This document shows, piece by piece, positions 36,767-49,789 of a stretch of DNA of 64,000 nucleotides. Below the pieces are notes generated by a model, which was given only the letters and a program-made list of their open reading frames with translations, was not told where the DNA came from and did not search any database. A program made the position numbers and the translations under genes. Source of the stretch: Monocercomonoides exilis PA203 (taxonomy: Eukaryota > Protista > Preaxostyla); contig LSRY02000008.1 of assembly GCA_001643675.2 (NCBI GenBank), positions 1,426,001 to 1,490,000 of the forward strand. The letters are read 5' to 3'. Position 1 is the stretch's first letter, and every line of letters begins with the position of its first letter.

Positions 36767-38361
36767 TTTCCATTTGAGTTGCAATCAACCTTCATGTGCA
36801 ATAAACCAAGATGGCCTGTCGTCACACTGAACAGCGCTCTTGTCGATGAAAGCGCTCCTGTTCCAATCGAACTCTTATCTTTACCCGTCCCAATAACTGA
36901 AATCTTCTTTTCTCCAATATCAATCGTTGTTGCCTCATTTTGATGATTTCCTTCCATCAGTGTGATTGACAAGCTTATCTGCACCTCGCACATCTCAAGC
37001 GCCTTCTTCACTGTCAGACAAGGAAATGTTTCATTTGCCCCACAAAGCGGAGAGGTGTCATTCCCGCTCACTGACACATAAATTGTCTTATCCTTCAGCC
37101 AATCCTTCTTTTCTGTGTGCTGATATGTCCAACTCCCAGAATTCGATAAATCATATCCATAACATACTCTCTGATCATCGGTGTTCGTGGTGTAACATTC
37201 ATAGAACGGACTATTCGAGGATAAATACAGGCTATATCGATCTTCATAATATACATCATGGCCATGAGGCTGATCTCTTGAACATCTACAACCATGAAAG
37301 AAAAGGAAATAGCAATAAATAATATCATTTTGCGATGTTTGCCTGTATGGATACAAATCCAATCCCCCACCATGCGAAAATGCTGAACATGAGATAAACT
37401 TGATATTTCTCATTTTGAATTGTGTAGCAGGAACATTGCAACAATACATGCCTCCGCCATATGAACCAGAAACTGAGCATGAAGTGAAACTGCAGTCAAA
37501 CACACACGCACTCTCTCCTCCTCCACTTTCTGTTCCAATGCATCCTTGTACTGAAACCTGAAAATTATCAAGATAAAGTCCTCCCCCAACACTATTTGCT
37601 TTACAATCCTGGAAGTCACATCCGCTGATCCGAACACACGATGAAATCAAATAAATGAATACTCCACCCCCACGATAACTTTGCGCAGTACAAGAATCAA
37701 AGGTGTTGTTCACAATCTCAACAGATTTGATATTGTAGCAATTTATACCGCCTCCTGCATAATGAGCATAGCAGTTGTTGAAAGTGCAATGCGACACAGA
37801 CACAGAGGCGTTTGATTGACTGAACATGCAGATAGCCCCTCCGCTTGACGCTCCATCCGTCCACGAGTCAGCTTCTCCCGTTGTTTTCGATCCACTCCAC
37901 TCACACCAAGTGAACGTATTTGTTCCATTGAATGTATCATTTTGTCTGTCTGGTTTCAACTTTCCATCTGCAGTTCCTTCACATACAACATTTCTTGTCC
38001 GGCAACATCTGACAAATGAGGTGTTTGAAACAGTCAAGGAAGCCAAGGGATTGTTGAGGGAAGGAACAATCCCGCCATCATATGCATCACAGACTGATGA
38101 AAAGGAGCAACTACTCATCAGATAAAAGGCTTGGGAGAATGTGGTTGTTGCAGGTGAACATGCATCATTTGCTGTTGAAATATTGAAAAATGTCAGATGG
38201 GAGAGGGATACAAGGGGTATTGAGGGTGATGAGAGGAATGGAGCAGAAGACATGCAAAAAGAGGCAAAATTGAATTCGGTCACTGAAACTTTTCTTTTTT
38301 CTACCTCCTTCACTTCCCTTGCCTCTCGCAGCAATGAAGCAAAATGTTCGGAGAAGTTCAA
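36736..38361 (-). CDS. Mirror copy of paralog G
   Basis: Identical 541-aa translation. Confidence 0.75.
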   Translation of the reverse strand: MNFSEHFASLLREAREVKEVEKRKVSVTEFNFASFCMSSAPFLSSPSIPLVSLSHLTFFNISTANDACSPATTTFSQAFYLMSSCSFSSVCDAYDGGIVPSLNNPLASLTVSNTSFVRCCRTRNVVCEGTADGKLKPDRQNDTFNGTNTFTWCEWSGSKTTGEADSWTDGASSGGAICMFSQSNASVSVSHCTFNNCYAHYAGGGINCYNIKSVEIVNNTFDSCTAQSYRGGGVFIYLISSCVRISGCDFQDCKANSVGGGLYLDNFQVSVQGCIGTESGGGESACVFDCSFTSCSVSGSYGGGMYCCNVPATQFKMRNIKFISCSAFSHGGGLDLYPYRQTSQNDIIYCYFLFFHGCRCSRDQPHGHDVYYEDRYSLYLSSNSPFYECYTTNTDDQRVCYGYDLSNSGSWTYQHTEKKDWLKDKTIYVSVSGNDTSPLCGANETFPCLTVKKALEMCEVQISLSITLMEGNHQNEATTIDIGEKKISVIGTGKDKSSIGTGALSSTRALFSVTTGHLGLLHMKVDCNSNGNPHSCMLKHC

Positions 38362-38737
38362 ATTTCATTTTCCTGCCTCTTTTGCACCTTCTGAAAAGTT
38401 TTTTGTAAAACAATAGAAATGCATCTTTCCCTTCAGCACCTCAAAATGGAAATAACATTCCAACATTCTTCCTCATCTGTCTTTCCACAAAATCTCTTTT
38501 TTTGGCTGTTGTCAACTTTTACCTTCTTTCCAGCATCTCTCATTCCACATGTTTTCATCGGCTGTAAATCTTCTCGCTTAAATGTCCTAATTTCAGAATA
38601 AAATAATAAAATAATATTTATTATTTATTAAAAATAAATTCATGCCTTTTATAACGATCAATTTTCATGGCTTCTTTCTTTATTCTTCATATATTTCCCC
38701 TTTCAATCAACTCATCCATCTGCCTCATCTACGCTGC

Positions 38738-40358
38738 TCATCTGATTGCAGAATGAATTGATTCATTTCTGCTTCTAGCGGAATAACTCCAACAGACAAA
38801 AATCTTAAAAACAGGCAATAACAGTGATGAAAAAGATAAAAAAGAGAATGATGAAATATAAAAATTTGTTTCTGTTCTAATAGAACATGTTTCTCTTCTT
38901 TTCCCAATGACTGAAATCTTCTTCGATCCAATCTCAATTGTTTCTGTCTCGCTTGTGTGATTCCCTTCCATCAGTGTGACTAACAGACTCACCTGGATCA
39001 CGCTCTTTTCAACAGCAATACCAATGGTTTGACATGCAGTTGACTCATCCAATCCACACAACTCTTCTTCATTTCCTCCGCTCACTGCCACAAATCGATT
39101 GAGAATCCCTCTTTTCAGCCATTCCTTCTTTTCCGTGTGCTGGACTGACCACACGTTTGCATTCGAGAAGTTGTATGCATAGCACACTCTTTTGTCATCT
39201 GTGTTTGTGGTGTAGCATTCATAGAACGGATTGTCTGAAGATAAAAAGATACTGTAGTAATCATGATACATTACATCATGGCCGTAAGGTGGGTTGTTAG
39301 AACATTTGCACTCGTGGAAGAAAAGGAAATAACAATAGATTCCATCATCAGGTACGGTTTGTCTGTTTGGATGCAATCTCAAGCCCCCTCCCTCTTGCCG
39401 TGCTGAACATGAAATAAACTGAATGCTCCTCATTTTGAATTGTGTAGCAGGAACATTGCAACAATACATGCCTCCGCCATAATTGTTTGTAACTGAACAT
39501 GATGCGAAACTGCACTCAAACACACACGCGCTCTCTCCTTCTCCATTTTCTGTTTCAATACATCCTGTTCCCGAAACCTGAAAATTTTCAAAAAGAAGTC
39601 CTCCTCCGTAATTAACTGCTTTACAATTCTGGAATTTACATTCGCTGATTCGGGCACATGATGAAATTCCATACGCATACATTCCTCCTCCATGTTGATT
39701 TTGCGCTGTGCACGCATTAAATACAGTATTTTCGATATGAATAGACTTAATTGTTAGGCACATAATCCCACCGCCTCTACAATAGGCATAACAGTTATTA
39801 AACAGACAATGTGAAACAAATAGTTCTCCATTTCCCTTGTTGTACATGAAAATTGCACCTCCACTCGATATCCCGTCTGTATTAGAGTCAATTTCTCCAG
39901 TTGTCTTCGATCCACTCCATTCACACCAAGTGAATGTATTAGCTCCGTTGAATGTTTCATTTTGTCTATCTGGCTTTAATTTATTATCTGCATTTCCCTC
40001 ACATACAACATTCCTTGTCCTGCAACATCCAACAAACGAGGTGTTTGAGGCTGTCAAAGAGACCAAGGGGTTGTTGAGGGAATGAACAATCCCGCCATCA
40101 TATGCATCACAGACTGATGGGAATGAGCAGCTATTCATCAAGCATGTGGTTTGGCATAAGGAAGTGGTTGGGAATGAGCAATCTGTAGATGTTGTTGAGA
40201 TGTTGAAAAAAGTGGTTGGAGAGTGAAACAAGAGGGAAAGAGGGAGATGAAAGAAATGCGGTTGAAGATGAGATAAGAAATTCGCATACTAAAACTCTTT
40301 CTTCAACATTTCCTTTTCTTCCCCTTGCTTCTTGTAGCAATGAAGCAAAATATCTCAA
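38738..40358 (-). pseudogene. Mirror copy of paralog F (same frameshift)
   Basis: ORFs 38738..40231 and 40131..40358 are identical to those in the left arm. Confidence 0.75.
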
Positions 40359-43300
40359 TATGGCGCATTCATTTTTCTATCTCTTCTTCCCCTTCTGATA
40401 GGAATGTTTTCACAAAAATCTTATTTTTTCTTCTGTTTCCGTCTTTGCCTTCTTTCTATATTCCATTTGCATCCATTCCACTTGAATGCTCATGCAAAGC
40501 CTTTATTATCTTTTTTTAAAAAATATTTAATAAAACAAAAAATTAAAAAAAATTACAAAAATGCAAAATACATAAAATTGATATTAAAAATATGAAAAAC
40601 CAGTACCATTTTCTTTTCTCAATGTTCTAATTCACCAATCTCTTCTTCTTCATATCCTTCTTGACTTCCTGTCACATTTCTTCTTCAGCCATCTCTTCAA
40701 TTTTCCGATTATTCTTTTCTGTCGCTTTGCCTTCTTCTTTTTCAAATCGCTGCATAGATCTTCAAAGGTCTTCTCTTCTATCAATTTCGTTTATTTCCTC
40801 TGGCTCATTCTTCTATGTTCTAAAAAAATTGTCATTGCCTGCTTTCTGAAAAGCATCCTATGTGCTCTTTTTCCCATGTTCATTCATTGTCTGAAAATGT
40901 CCTTCCATAAATCTTAATCCCTAAAAAATAAATAAATATTTGAAAAAATAGAGAAAAAAAAATAATACAAAACACACTCTAAAAATATATTTATCGCCAA
41001 TCTTCACACACTTTCTTCTTCTTCAAAAGCCTCTCAAAATATTGTTCTTTTCTGCCATGATAGAGATGAAGATGATAAAGATGGTGAACGCGATGCTATT
41101 GTCAAGTTTGAATACTATGTATCTTCTGTCAGAAGATACTCTCAGCATCGCAACCTCGTTCTATGCTTCAATGGATAACCCTTCAATGACATAAGGCTGA
41201 AGGCAAAGTTCAAATGATTCAAAGTCCATTTCGCCTGTCATTTGCCTCCAGCTACCTGTATAACGCCAAATTGTCTGTTTTTCTCGTATTTTCGCCTCTC
41301 AAGCCAAGCAATTAAAAGCAGTTCCATCGCTCCACCCGGTCCATAAAATCAATGTCTTGCCCTTCTCATCCCAAGAAAGGCGCCTTGCTCTGTCTCAACC
41401 AATTTCAATCACCTGTTTCAGTCATTTGTCCCAATCACCCCAACAAAATTTTTCTGAAAATGTCCCCACCATCTCAAAAGGTGCTCCCTTTTCATAGAGA
41501 TTGAACATTCTTCCTTTTTGCCTTGGACATCTTCCAATCCCGTTGATTTCTGCTCCATCAATATTCATTTTTCATCGAATTTCTATCCATCGCGCATGTT
41601 AAGTCCAAAAAGTTGCATAAACATATATGATAAAATATATTCATACTCCAATGATATATTTGTAAGATAATGTTTGACTTACTTCCTCTCTGTTCTGCTC
41701 TGCATGGAATAAATTGTCCATTTTAAATAATTTGTCTGAATCGCCACTTTGGAGAGGATACGGATAGAAATATCTTCACAATCAACAGAACAATATAAAA
41801 TACATACATTGAAAATTCATCATTTCCATCGAAAATATTGTTGCTCCACGGCCATCCATCAATCAATATGAGCAATTTCATCTTCCATCAAGCAGATATT
41901 CTTTTGTAATACCCAACCTTTTCACTGGAAATATTTCATTTAGTCAACCTGTATTTGTTTTAGCTTCGGAATCTCACTCTGTTGACAGTTTGTGAGCATT
42001 TGGCAAAACTTGATCACTTTCCATAACGAATTAGAGCCACAAAAGAAAAGGGGCACAACTCGATGCATTGTGGCTGAACGGGCATATGAAGACAATGCGA
42101 TTGTAAAAGGATGGATTTATGGTGTGGAGCGATGGAGTTGAGTTCTTGGAGGAGGCAGGGTTTTGGAGGGAAATGGAACGATAAAAGAATATTTTTGGAG
42201 GAGAAAGAGGTGTTTTTGTGAGGTTTAAGAGGCAAAATGGATGTGTGGGAAATAAACAAGGATGAGGTTGGGAGAGGTTATTTTTCGATTTTTGTGAGTT
42301 GGAAGGAGTTGGCGGGGTGTTTTTATTGTTAAAGAAAAAGAATTTATTGTGTTGAAGGTGGGGTGAGAGGGAAGATAAGAAGGGCGGAAGATGAGTGGAG
42401 TGAATGGAATATATTTATTGGAGGGGAGGATAAGAGTTAGATCGGAAATGGAGAAGAAATGGAAAAGGGATGTTTTTTTATTTTCAAATGCAGAGAGAAG
42501 GAGGAGGCATATGAGGCGGAGCAAGGGGGAGAGTTTTTGTGAGCGAGCGTTTGATAAGAAAGGGAAGTGGAGTTGAAGGGGGGAAAAGGGAAAAGTATTT
42601 TTTTAACCTTTTTTTATTTTTTATTGAAAGGAGAACTTGGCCGCGCCAGGCATTTGCGGTTCAAAGGATGGAGGTGGAGGCGGAGGAAGACGGGAAGAAG
42701 GAACATCGGGTGCAACACTTTGCATTGAGGGTATGGAGACAGAGGTGCGACATGGATGGAGCAAGGTGAGGGGCTGACCACGAAAGGGTGTCTTGCACCA
42801 AAGAGAGGCAAAATATTGGATGCATTTATATTTTTATTGGTTGGAAGAAGGATGATGGGGAATGAGGTGGGAGAGATTTTGTCATTGCTTGTGGAAGAGA
42901 TAGAGGATATGTGGTGGAGGGGTATTTTTGTTTTGGAGGAAATAGAGAGAAGAAGAAGAAGATTTGGGCAAGGGATGGGAAGGGGTTATTCAGATGGAAT
43001 GCTCATATCTTTTCATTTTTTTATAGAACGGAGTTTGTGGAGGTTATTTTGGCGGAAGCAGAACAGAGGATTGGACTTAGGCTATTATTTTTTGAGGAAG
43101 CAGAAGGGAAGCGAAGAAGGGGCAGATGGGCTTTGTTGCAGAAAGGAACGATATTTGGAGGAGGAGAAGAAAGTTTGAGAAGAATGATCATTATAACGGT
43201 GTGTATTTATATTTTTTAATTATAATTTTTCATATATTATTTTTTTTTTATGAAACTAGGTATTTTGAATGAGTGTTCAATTGCAATGAATGAGCATGGA

Positions 43301-43853
43301 ATATGTCAAGAGGGGATATTGGATGCATATAAAGAAATCAGGATATAATAAATGAAGGGGAGTAAAGAGGAATGAGCCGGATGAAATATCAAGGAAAAGA
43401 GAAGAAGATATTTTTTTCGAAGGTTTTTGAAAATACATACGACAAATCTTAATAAAAGTTAAAGGAGGGATTGGGAAAATGATGATACAGCAGAATAAGA
43501 TAAAGAAGAAGAGGAAAGTGAAGCGCAAGAGAGCGAAAAGAAAGTGGCACATGTTTTTCAAGTTTTATATTGGGTATTTTTATATTATTTGTATTATTTA
43601 TATTTTTGTTTTATTAAATTTTTTATTTAAAATGATGACAGGGGCTTTTGCGTAAATACCCAAAAGGAATGGATGTGAATGGAATAAGATTAGAAGGCAG
43701 ATAATGTGCATCCAAAAGGATGTTTGGGGAAATATGCATTTCAGAAGGGGCAGAAGAGATTGGAAAAAGGAATCTGAGCTTATTTGGATATTTTGCTTCG
43801 TGGCGCCAAGAGGCATGAGGAAGAGAAGGAGGCAAAAAAAATGAAGAATTTCT

Positions 43854-45310
43854 GTGAGAGAATCTCTTATCTCATCTTCAACCGCATTTCTCTCGTCACC
43901 TTCCATTCCCCTTGTATCCCTCTCCAAACTCACATTTTTCAACATTTCAACAGCATCTTCAGATTGCCCATCTCCAACAACTACATTTTCTCAAATATCA
44001 AGTTTTATGAGTAGTTGCTCCTTTTCATCAGTCTGTGATGCATATGATGGCGGAATTGTTCCTTCACTCGACAATCCCTTGGCTTCCTTGACTGTTTCAA
44101 ACACCTCGTTTGTTGGATGCTTCCGGACAAGGAATGTTGTTTGCGAAGGAACTTCAGACAGAAAATTGACTCCAAGGAGGCAAAACGCAACGGAAAATGG
44201 ACCGAATACATTTATTTGGTGCGAGTGGAACGGATCGAAGACGACTGGAGAAAGTGACTCGTATACTGATGGAAAATCGAGCGGAGGGGCAATCTGCATG
44301 TACAATCTCAATTCTGGAGAACTAACAGTTTATCATTGCACGTTCAATGGATGCATTGCATACAGCCGGGGCGGGGAATAATGTGCTATAATATAAAATC
44401 CGTTGAGGTTGCAAACAATTCGTTCAATGCTTGCACAGCACAAAACCATTATGGAGGAGGATTATTTGTTGTAACGATTTCCACATGTGTTCGGATCAGC
44501 GGATGTGACTTCCAGGGTTGCAAAGCAAATTATAATGGAGGAGGACTTTATCTCGACAATTTTCAGGTTTCAGAAACAGGATGCATTGGAGAAGAAAAAG
44601 GGGAAGGGGAAAGTGCGTGTGTGTTTGACTGCAGCTTTGCTTCATGCTCGGTCACAAATACACAAGGAGGGGGAATGCTTTGCTATAATATTCCTGTTCA
44701 AGTCAAAATGAGGAGCATTCAGTTTATTTCATGTTCTGCGATGTCAACTGGAGGAGGATTATATTTGCATCCATATAGACAAACATCGCAAAATGAGATA
44801 ATTTATTGTTATTTTTTGTTCTTCCATGAATGCAGATGCAGAACAACATCCACACCATATGGTCATGATGTGATGTATTATGATCAAAATAATCTCTATT
44901 TATCCCAAAATAATCCATTTCATGAATGTTACACAACAAACACAGATGGCCAGAGAGTATGTTATGGATATGATTATTCGAGTACAGGGAGTTGGAAATT
45001 TCAGTACACGGAAAAGAAGGATTGGCTGAAGGATAAGACAATTTATGTATCTGTTGGTGGAAATGATAATTTTGAGTTGTGTGGGGCAAATGAAACATTT
45101 CCTTGTCTGACAGTGAAGAAGGCGTTTGAGATGTGTGAGGTGCAGATTAGCTTGTTAGTCACACTGATGGACGGGAATCACACAAGCGAGACAGCAACAG
45201 TTGAGATTGGGACAAAGAAGATTTCAGTAATTGGGATGGGCAAAGAGAAGAGCGTGATTGGAACAGAAACAAATTTTTATGTTTCATCATTCTCTTCTTT
45301 TTCTTTTTGA
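43854..45310 (+). pseudogene. Mirror copy of paralog E with a G-run frameshift near 44375
   Basis: G4 here versus G5 in the left arm; may be a consensus error. Confidence 0.72.
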
Positions 45311-45785
45311 TCACTATTATTGCCTGTTTTTAAGATTTTTATCTGTTGGAGTTATTCAGCTGAAAGCATAATCTCGGATCGGAAATGGGAGATTTTTGGA
45401 AGCGGAAGAAAAGGAATTATGTTAGAAATGAGATAGACAGCGGAAATAGGTCAGATGGGTTTTGCGAGCAGAAAGGAAAAGTGCTTTAAGAGATGCAAGA
45501 AGAAGAAGAAGATGATGATGATGATGATGATGATGAATAAACAAAAGAAGGAAAAGAAGAAGAAGGAAAAGAAGATGAAGATGAAGAAGAAGAAGAGGAG
45601 GAGGAGGAGGAGGAGGAAGAAGAAGAAGAAGAGGAAGAAGAATATATTTATGAAGCGTAACAATTTTTTAAACATAATGAATGATAATTTTTTTTCCAAG
45701 TGTTATAATATTTGCTGTTATATTCGATGCAAATGCAAGCATATGGAGTGCGGAAAGATGAGAGAAGGCGGCAAATGATTAGGGT

Positions 45786-48023
45786 TTAGAGGAATGAGCG
45801 AAGAAATAAATGAATAGAAAAGAAGATATTTTTTAAAGGTTTAGGAGGGCATATTCCGCGAATCTTGTTAAAAGCAAAAAGAAAGAGCGAGAAATTGATG
45901 ATGCGACAAAAGAATGCGTCTGAGAATAATTTGAGAAGAGAAAAAGAAGAATGAAAAAGAAGAATGAAAAAGAAGAATGAAAAAGAAGAATGAAAAAGAA
46001 GAATGAAAAAGAAGAATGAAAAAGAAGAATGAAAAAGAAGAAGGTGCTTATAAAAAAATTTGATCGAAAGAGAAAATTTGACGAAGGGGAATGAATGAAA
46101 GAAGGAGGATAAGAGGAAAAGAAAGGTTAATTTGGAAATATTGTTTTGAGGAAATGTTGAAAAAAAGTTAGAGGAAAGAAAAAGAAGAAAGGGAAATAGA
46201 AATTGATGAGAACGCGAAGAAGATGAAGTTGATATTGCAACGTCATCCAACGAGAGTGACCCATTCCCATCAGTTACCACAACCACACTCGGAGAAGTTT
46301 CTGCTATTGAGTTGCAGTCAACCTTCAAATGACTCATTCCCAGATGACCTGTCGATACAATGAACAGCTCTCCTGATGATGATGAAAGTGCCCCTGCTCC
46401 AATCAAACATGTTTCCCTTCCCTTCCCAATGACTGAAATCTTCTTTGATCCAATATCAATTGTTGTTGTCTCGCTTTGATGATTCCCATCCAGCAGCGTG
46501 ACTGATGAGCTCAGCTCTTCCAAGCCCGTCTCCACTGCATGTCCCACCGTCTGGCATGGAGCCGACTCGCCCATTCCACACAGCCCACTCGAGTCCTTTC
46601 CATTTACCCCCACAAACAGAACCTTTGTCCAACCCTTCAGCCACTCCTTCTTTTCAGTGTGCTGATATGTCCAACTTTCTGAGTTTGATGCATTGTATGC
46701 ATAACACATTCTCTTCTCATCTGTATTCGTTGTGTAGCATTCTTTGAACGGACAATCTGAGTTCAAATAGAGACTGTAATAATCTTCATAGTACAGGTCA
46801 GCTCCATACGACGGATCAGAATCACTTGAGCAACTGCAGTTGTGAAAGAAAAGGAAAAAGCAATACAGTTTGTCACTTGGCAACACATCTCGCCACGGAG
46901 CAAAACACAACCCTCCACCATGAGAAGCTGCTGAGCATGAAATAAACTGAATGCTCCTCATTTTAAATTGTGTCGCAGGAACATTTTTACAAAGCATTCC
47001 CCCACCCCATGTGTTTGTAATTGAGCATGAAGTGAAACTGCAGTCAAATACGCACGCACTCTCCCCACCTTCATTTTCATTTCCAATGCATCCTGCTCCT
47101 GTAGCATTAAAATTTTCCAGATAAAGTCCTCCTCCGGTGCTATATGCTTTACAATTCTGGAATTCACATCCGCTGATTCGTACACATGTTGAAATCGTTA
47201 CAACATATAATCCTCCTCCGTAATGGTTTTGTGCTGTACACTCATTGAACACATCGTTTTCGATATGTACAGACTTTATTGTATTGCACATAATTCCACC
47301 TCCGCGACTGAATGCAAAACAGTTATTAAACAGACAATTCGAAACAGAGAGCTCTCCAGAATTGAGATTATACATGCAGATGGCTCCTCCGCTCGATATT
47401 CCATCAGTATACGAGTCACTTTCTCCTGTTGTTCTCGATCCACTCCACTCACACCAAACAAATGTATTCGCTCCATTTTCCGTTGTGTTTTGCCTCCCTG
47501 GAGCCAACTTATCGTTTTTTTCTCCAATGCAATCAACATTTCTTGTTCGACAACACCCAACAAACGAGGTGTTTGAGGCTATCAGAGAGGCAAAGGGGTT
47601 GTTCAGAGAAGGGACAATCCCACCATCATAAATGTCACAAACTGATGAGAATGAACAACTGTTCATCATACTTGATGTTTGGGTTGACGTAGTTGTTGGA
47701 GGTGAACATGCATCATTTGCTGTTGAAATGTTGAAAAATGTCAGTTGAGAGAGGGATATAAGGGGTATTGAAGGCGACGAGAGGAATGGGGCTGATGAAA
47801 CACAAAAAGAAGAGAAGTGAGATTCACTCACCGAAATGCTCCCTTCAATGCCTTCTCCATATCCATCTCCTTCTCTTCCTCTATCTCTTCCCATTTCTCC
47901 TCCTTCTCCTCCTTTTTCTTCACTTCCACCCTTCTCCCCTCCATATCCCTTCCCTCCAAACAGCCTGCCTGAATAAATCTCTCCCCCTCTTCCCCACCCC
48001 TTCAATGTGATGTTTGTCAACAC
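45786..48023 (-). CDS. Mirror copy of paralog D
   Basis: Identical apart from one extra 13-bp repeat unit in the tail. Confidence 0.7.
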   Translation of the reverse strand: MLTNITLKGWGRGGEIYSGRLFGGKGYGGEKGGSEEKGGEGGEMGRDRGREGDGYGEGIEGSISVSESHFSSFCVSSAPFLSSPSIPLISLSQLTFFNISTANDACSPPTTTSTQTSSMMNSCSFSSVCDIYDGGIVPSLNNPFASLIASNTSFVGCCRTRNVDCIGEKNDKLAPGRQNTTENGANTFVWCEWSGSRTTGESDSYTDGISSGGAICMYNLNSGELSVSNCLFNNCFAFSRGGGIMCNTIKSVHIENDVFNECTAQNHYGGGLYVVTISTCVRISGCEFQNCKAYSTGGGLYLENFNATGAGCIGNENEGGESACVFDCSFTSCSITNTWGGGMLCKNVPATQFKMRSIQFISCSAASHGGGLCFAPWRDVLPSDKLYCFFLFFHNCSCSSDSDPSYGADLYYEDYYSLYLNSDCPFKECYTTNTDEKRMCYAYNASNSESWTYQHTEKKEWLKGWTKVLFVGVNGKDSSGLCGMGESAPCQTVGHAVETGLEELSSSVTLLDGNHQSETTTIDIGSKKISVIGKGRETCLIGAGALSSSSGELFIVSTGHLGMSHLKVDCNSIAETSPSVVVVTDGNGSLSLDDVAISTSSSSRSHQFLFPFLLFLSSNFFSTFPQNNISKLTFLFLLSSFFHSFPFVKFSLSIKFFYKHLLLFHSSFSFFFFILLFHSSFSFFFFILLFHSSFSLLKLFSDAFFCRIINFSLFLFAFNKIRGICPPKPLKNIFFSIHLFLRSFL

Positions 48024-48309
48024 TCCAATGCTCCCACTAAGTACAAATAATTATTCTTTAACAACAACATTCACGGAACACTTTCAGAAATAAAGTATTA
48101 AAGTTTTATAAAACTTTAACTAATGTTTTTAAGTCACGGTATTATTAACAATAAATATGTTATTTTTAACTTTTTAAATAATCTTTTTGAAAATGTTGGG
48201 AAATCTTTTTCTTTTTGTAGAATACAATCGGTTTTCAATAACCAAGGTGATAAAGGGAAGATTTGAAACAATGCATTCTTGAAATGAAGAATACAATTTT
48301 TTGTTTTTA

Positions 48310-48343
<34 letters not shown>

Positions 48344-49162
48344 GTAGAGCTGGTCACTGCTTAAATGAAAAATCGAAACCAATAAAAAATTGCAAGTAAT
48401 GTTTGTTTAATATAATGTATTTTTAGTGAATTTTTTTCATAATATTTTTCTTTCCAAGATGTCTTTGTTTATTAAAAATTTTATTTTTCAATAACAAACT
48501 AATCGTCTATTAATGAGTGTTTGATTTTGGAAGGTTTTAGCTTAAATGTCATAACATACCGTATGGTGAGATTTTACTTGCTTTCATGTTTTTTTTATGC
48601 GCAAGGCACTAATAAATTGTTTATCTCATTTCTTTATAATTCTTTTTCAGACTTAAAAATGAATTCGTTTTTCAGATGTGGGAACTTGTATCATTGATAT
48701 GATTACATAATGTTTTGTGACATCATTCGTGTTTTTAAAAACGATCTCATTTCATTCATATTTATTGATAACAAAAAGTCAATAAAAAGTGCATAATATT
48801 TCAATGAAAAAGCTTAAAGTTCCATATGTCTTCCGAATTTGTTGTAAAGGTGATATTTTCTTATCCAAATAATCGAATAATTTAATAATTTTGCATTTCT
48901 GAACTAATAACTTTTCACATCATTGTTAACCATTTCTATTAAACATTTTCTCATTTCAAAGCTAACAATTATTTTTTGAAGAAAACTTAATCGTGTTGGA
49001 TATCACAAATTATCATGAAAAATAATCCAAGACAAAAGACAAAACCTCAAATCAATTTCTTTTCAAAAAAAAAATATACATTGTTTTTGAAATTAAAAGT
49101 TTCTTATCAACAACTTTTCTTTTGTTTGATAAGTTATCAAATTGATTTCTGAAATAAATGTC

Positions 49163-49397
49163 AAAATTTTTTTGAAAAGTTCCTTTTGTTTAATTTTAAA
49201 ATAAAATAAAATTTTCATATTTCGATCAAATTTCGGTTCTCAAACACGAAACTTCACTAAAATGGAAGTAATAACATTGTCAAAATTCTTTTTAAATTTT
49301 TATGAAGTTTCGTGCATGAGAACTGAAATTTGATCGAAATATGAAATTTTTATTTTATTTTAAAATTAAACAAAAGGAACTTTGCAAAAAAATTTTT
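49163..49397. other. Mirror copy of fold-back element H
   Basis: cttca at 49252-56 and tgaag at 49303-07; reverse complement of 20711-20945. Confidence 0.9.
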
Positions 49398-49789
49398 AAA
49401 ATTTTTTTTCAAGTTATGAATATATATATGGTATGTGTTGATTATTGATTTTTTCTCAATCATTGATTTTTTAATATATGTCGAAATGGAAAACATTTTA
49501 TATTTTTCACCTCAATAAGTATTAAATTCTTAAGAATGAGAACATTCATTTTAAAATTGAGTGATTTTTTTTTATTTCATATTGAGGTGTTATAAAGCTC
49601 AATAAAAACTCAAATAATAAAAAAGAAAAAATACAAAACCCATTGTTCCCTGAGTGTTTTTTGAATTCCTTTTGCTTTTGAAATTTGAAAATAAAGATGT
49701 GATATATATATTGATAATTGCAATATAAATAAATATTTTTAAAGTTTTTTTAATCATCAATATACAAATATAAAATGAAATAATTAAGA

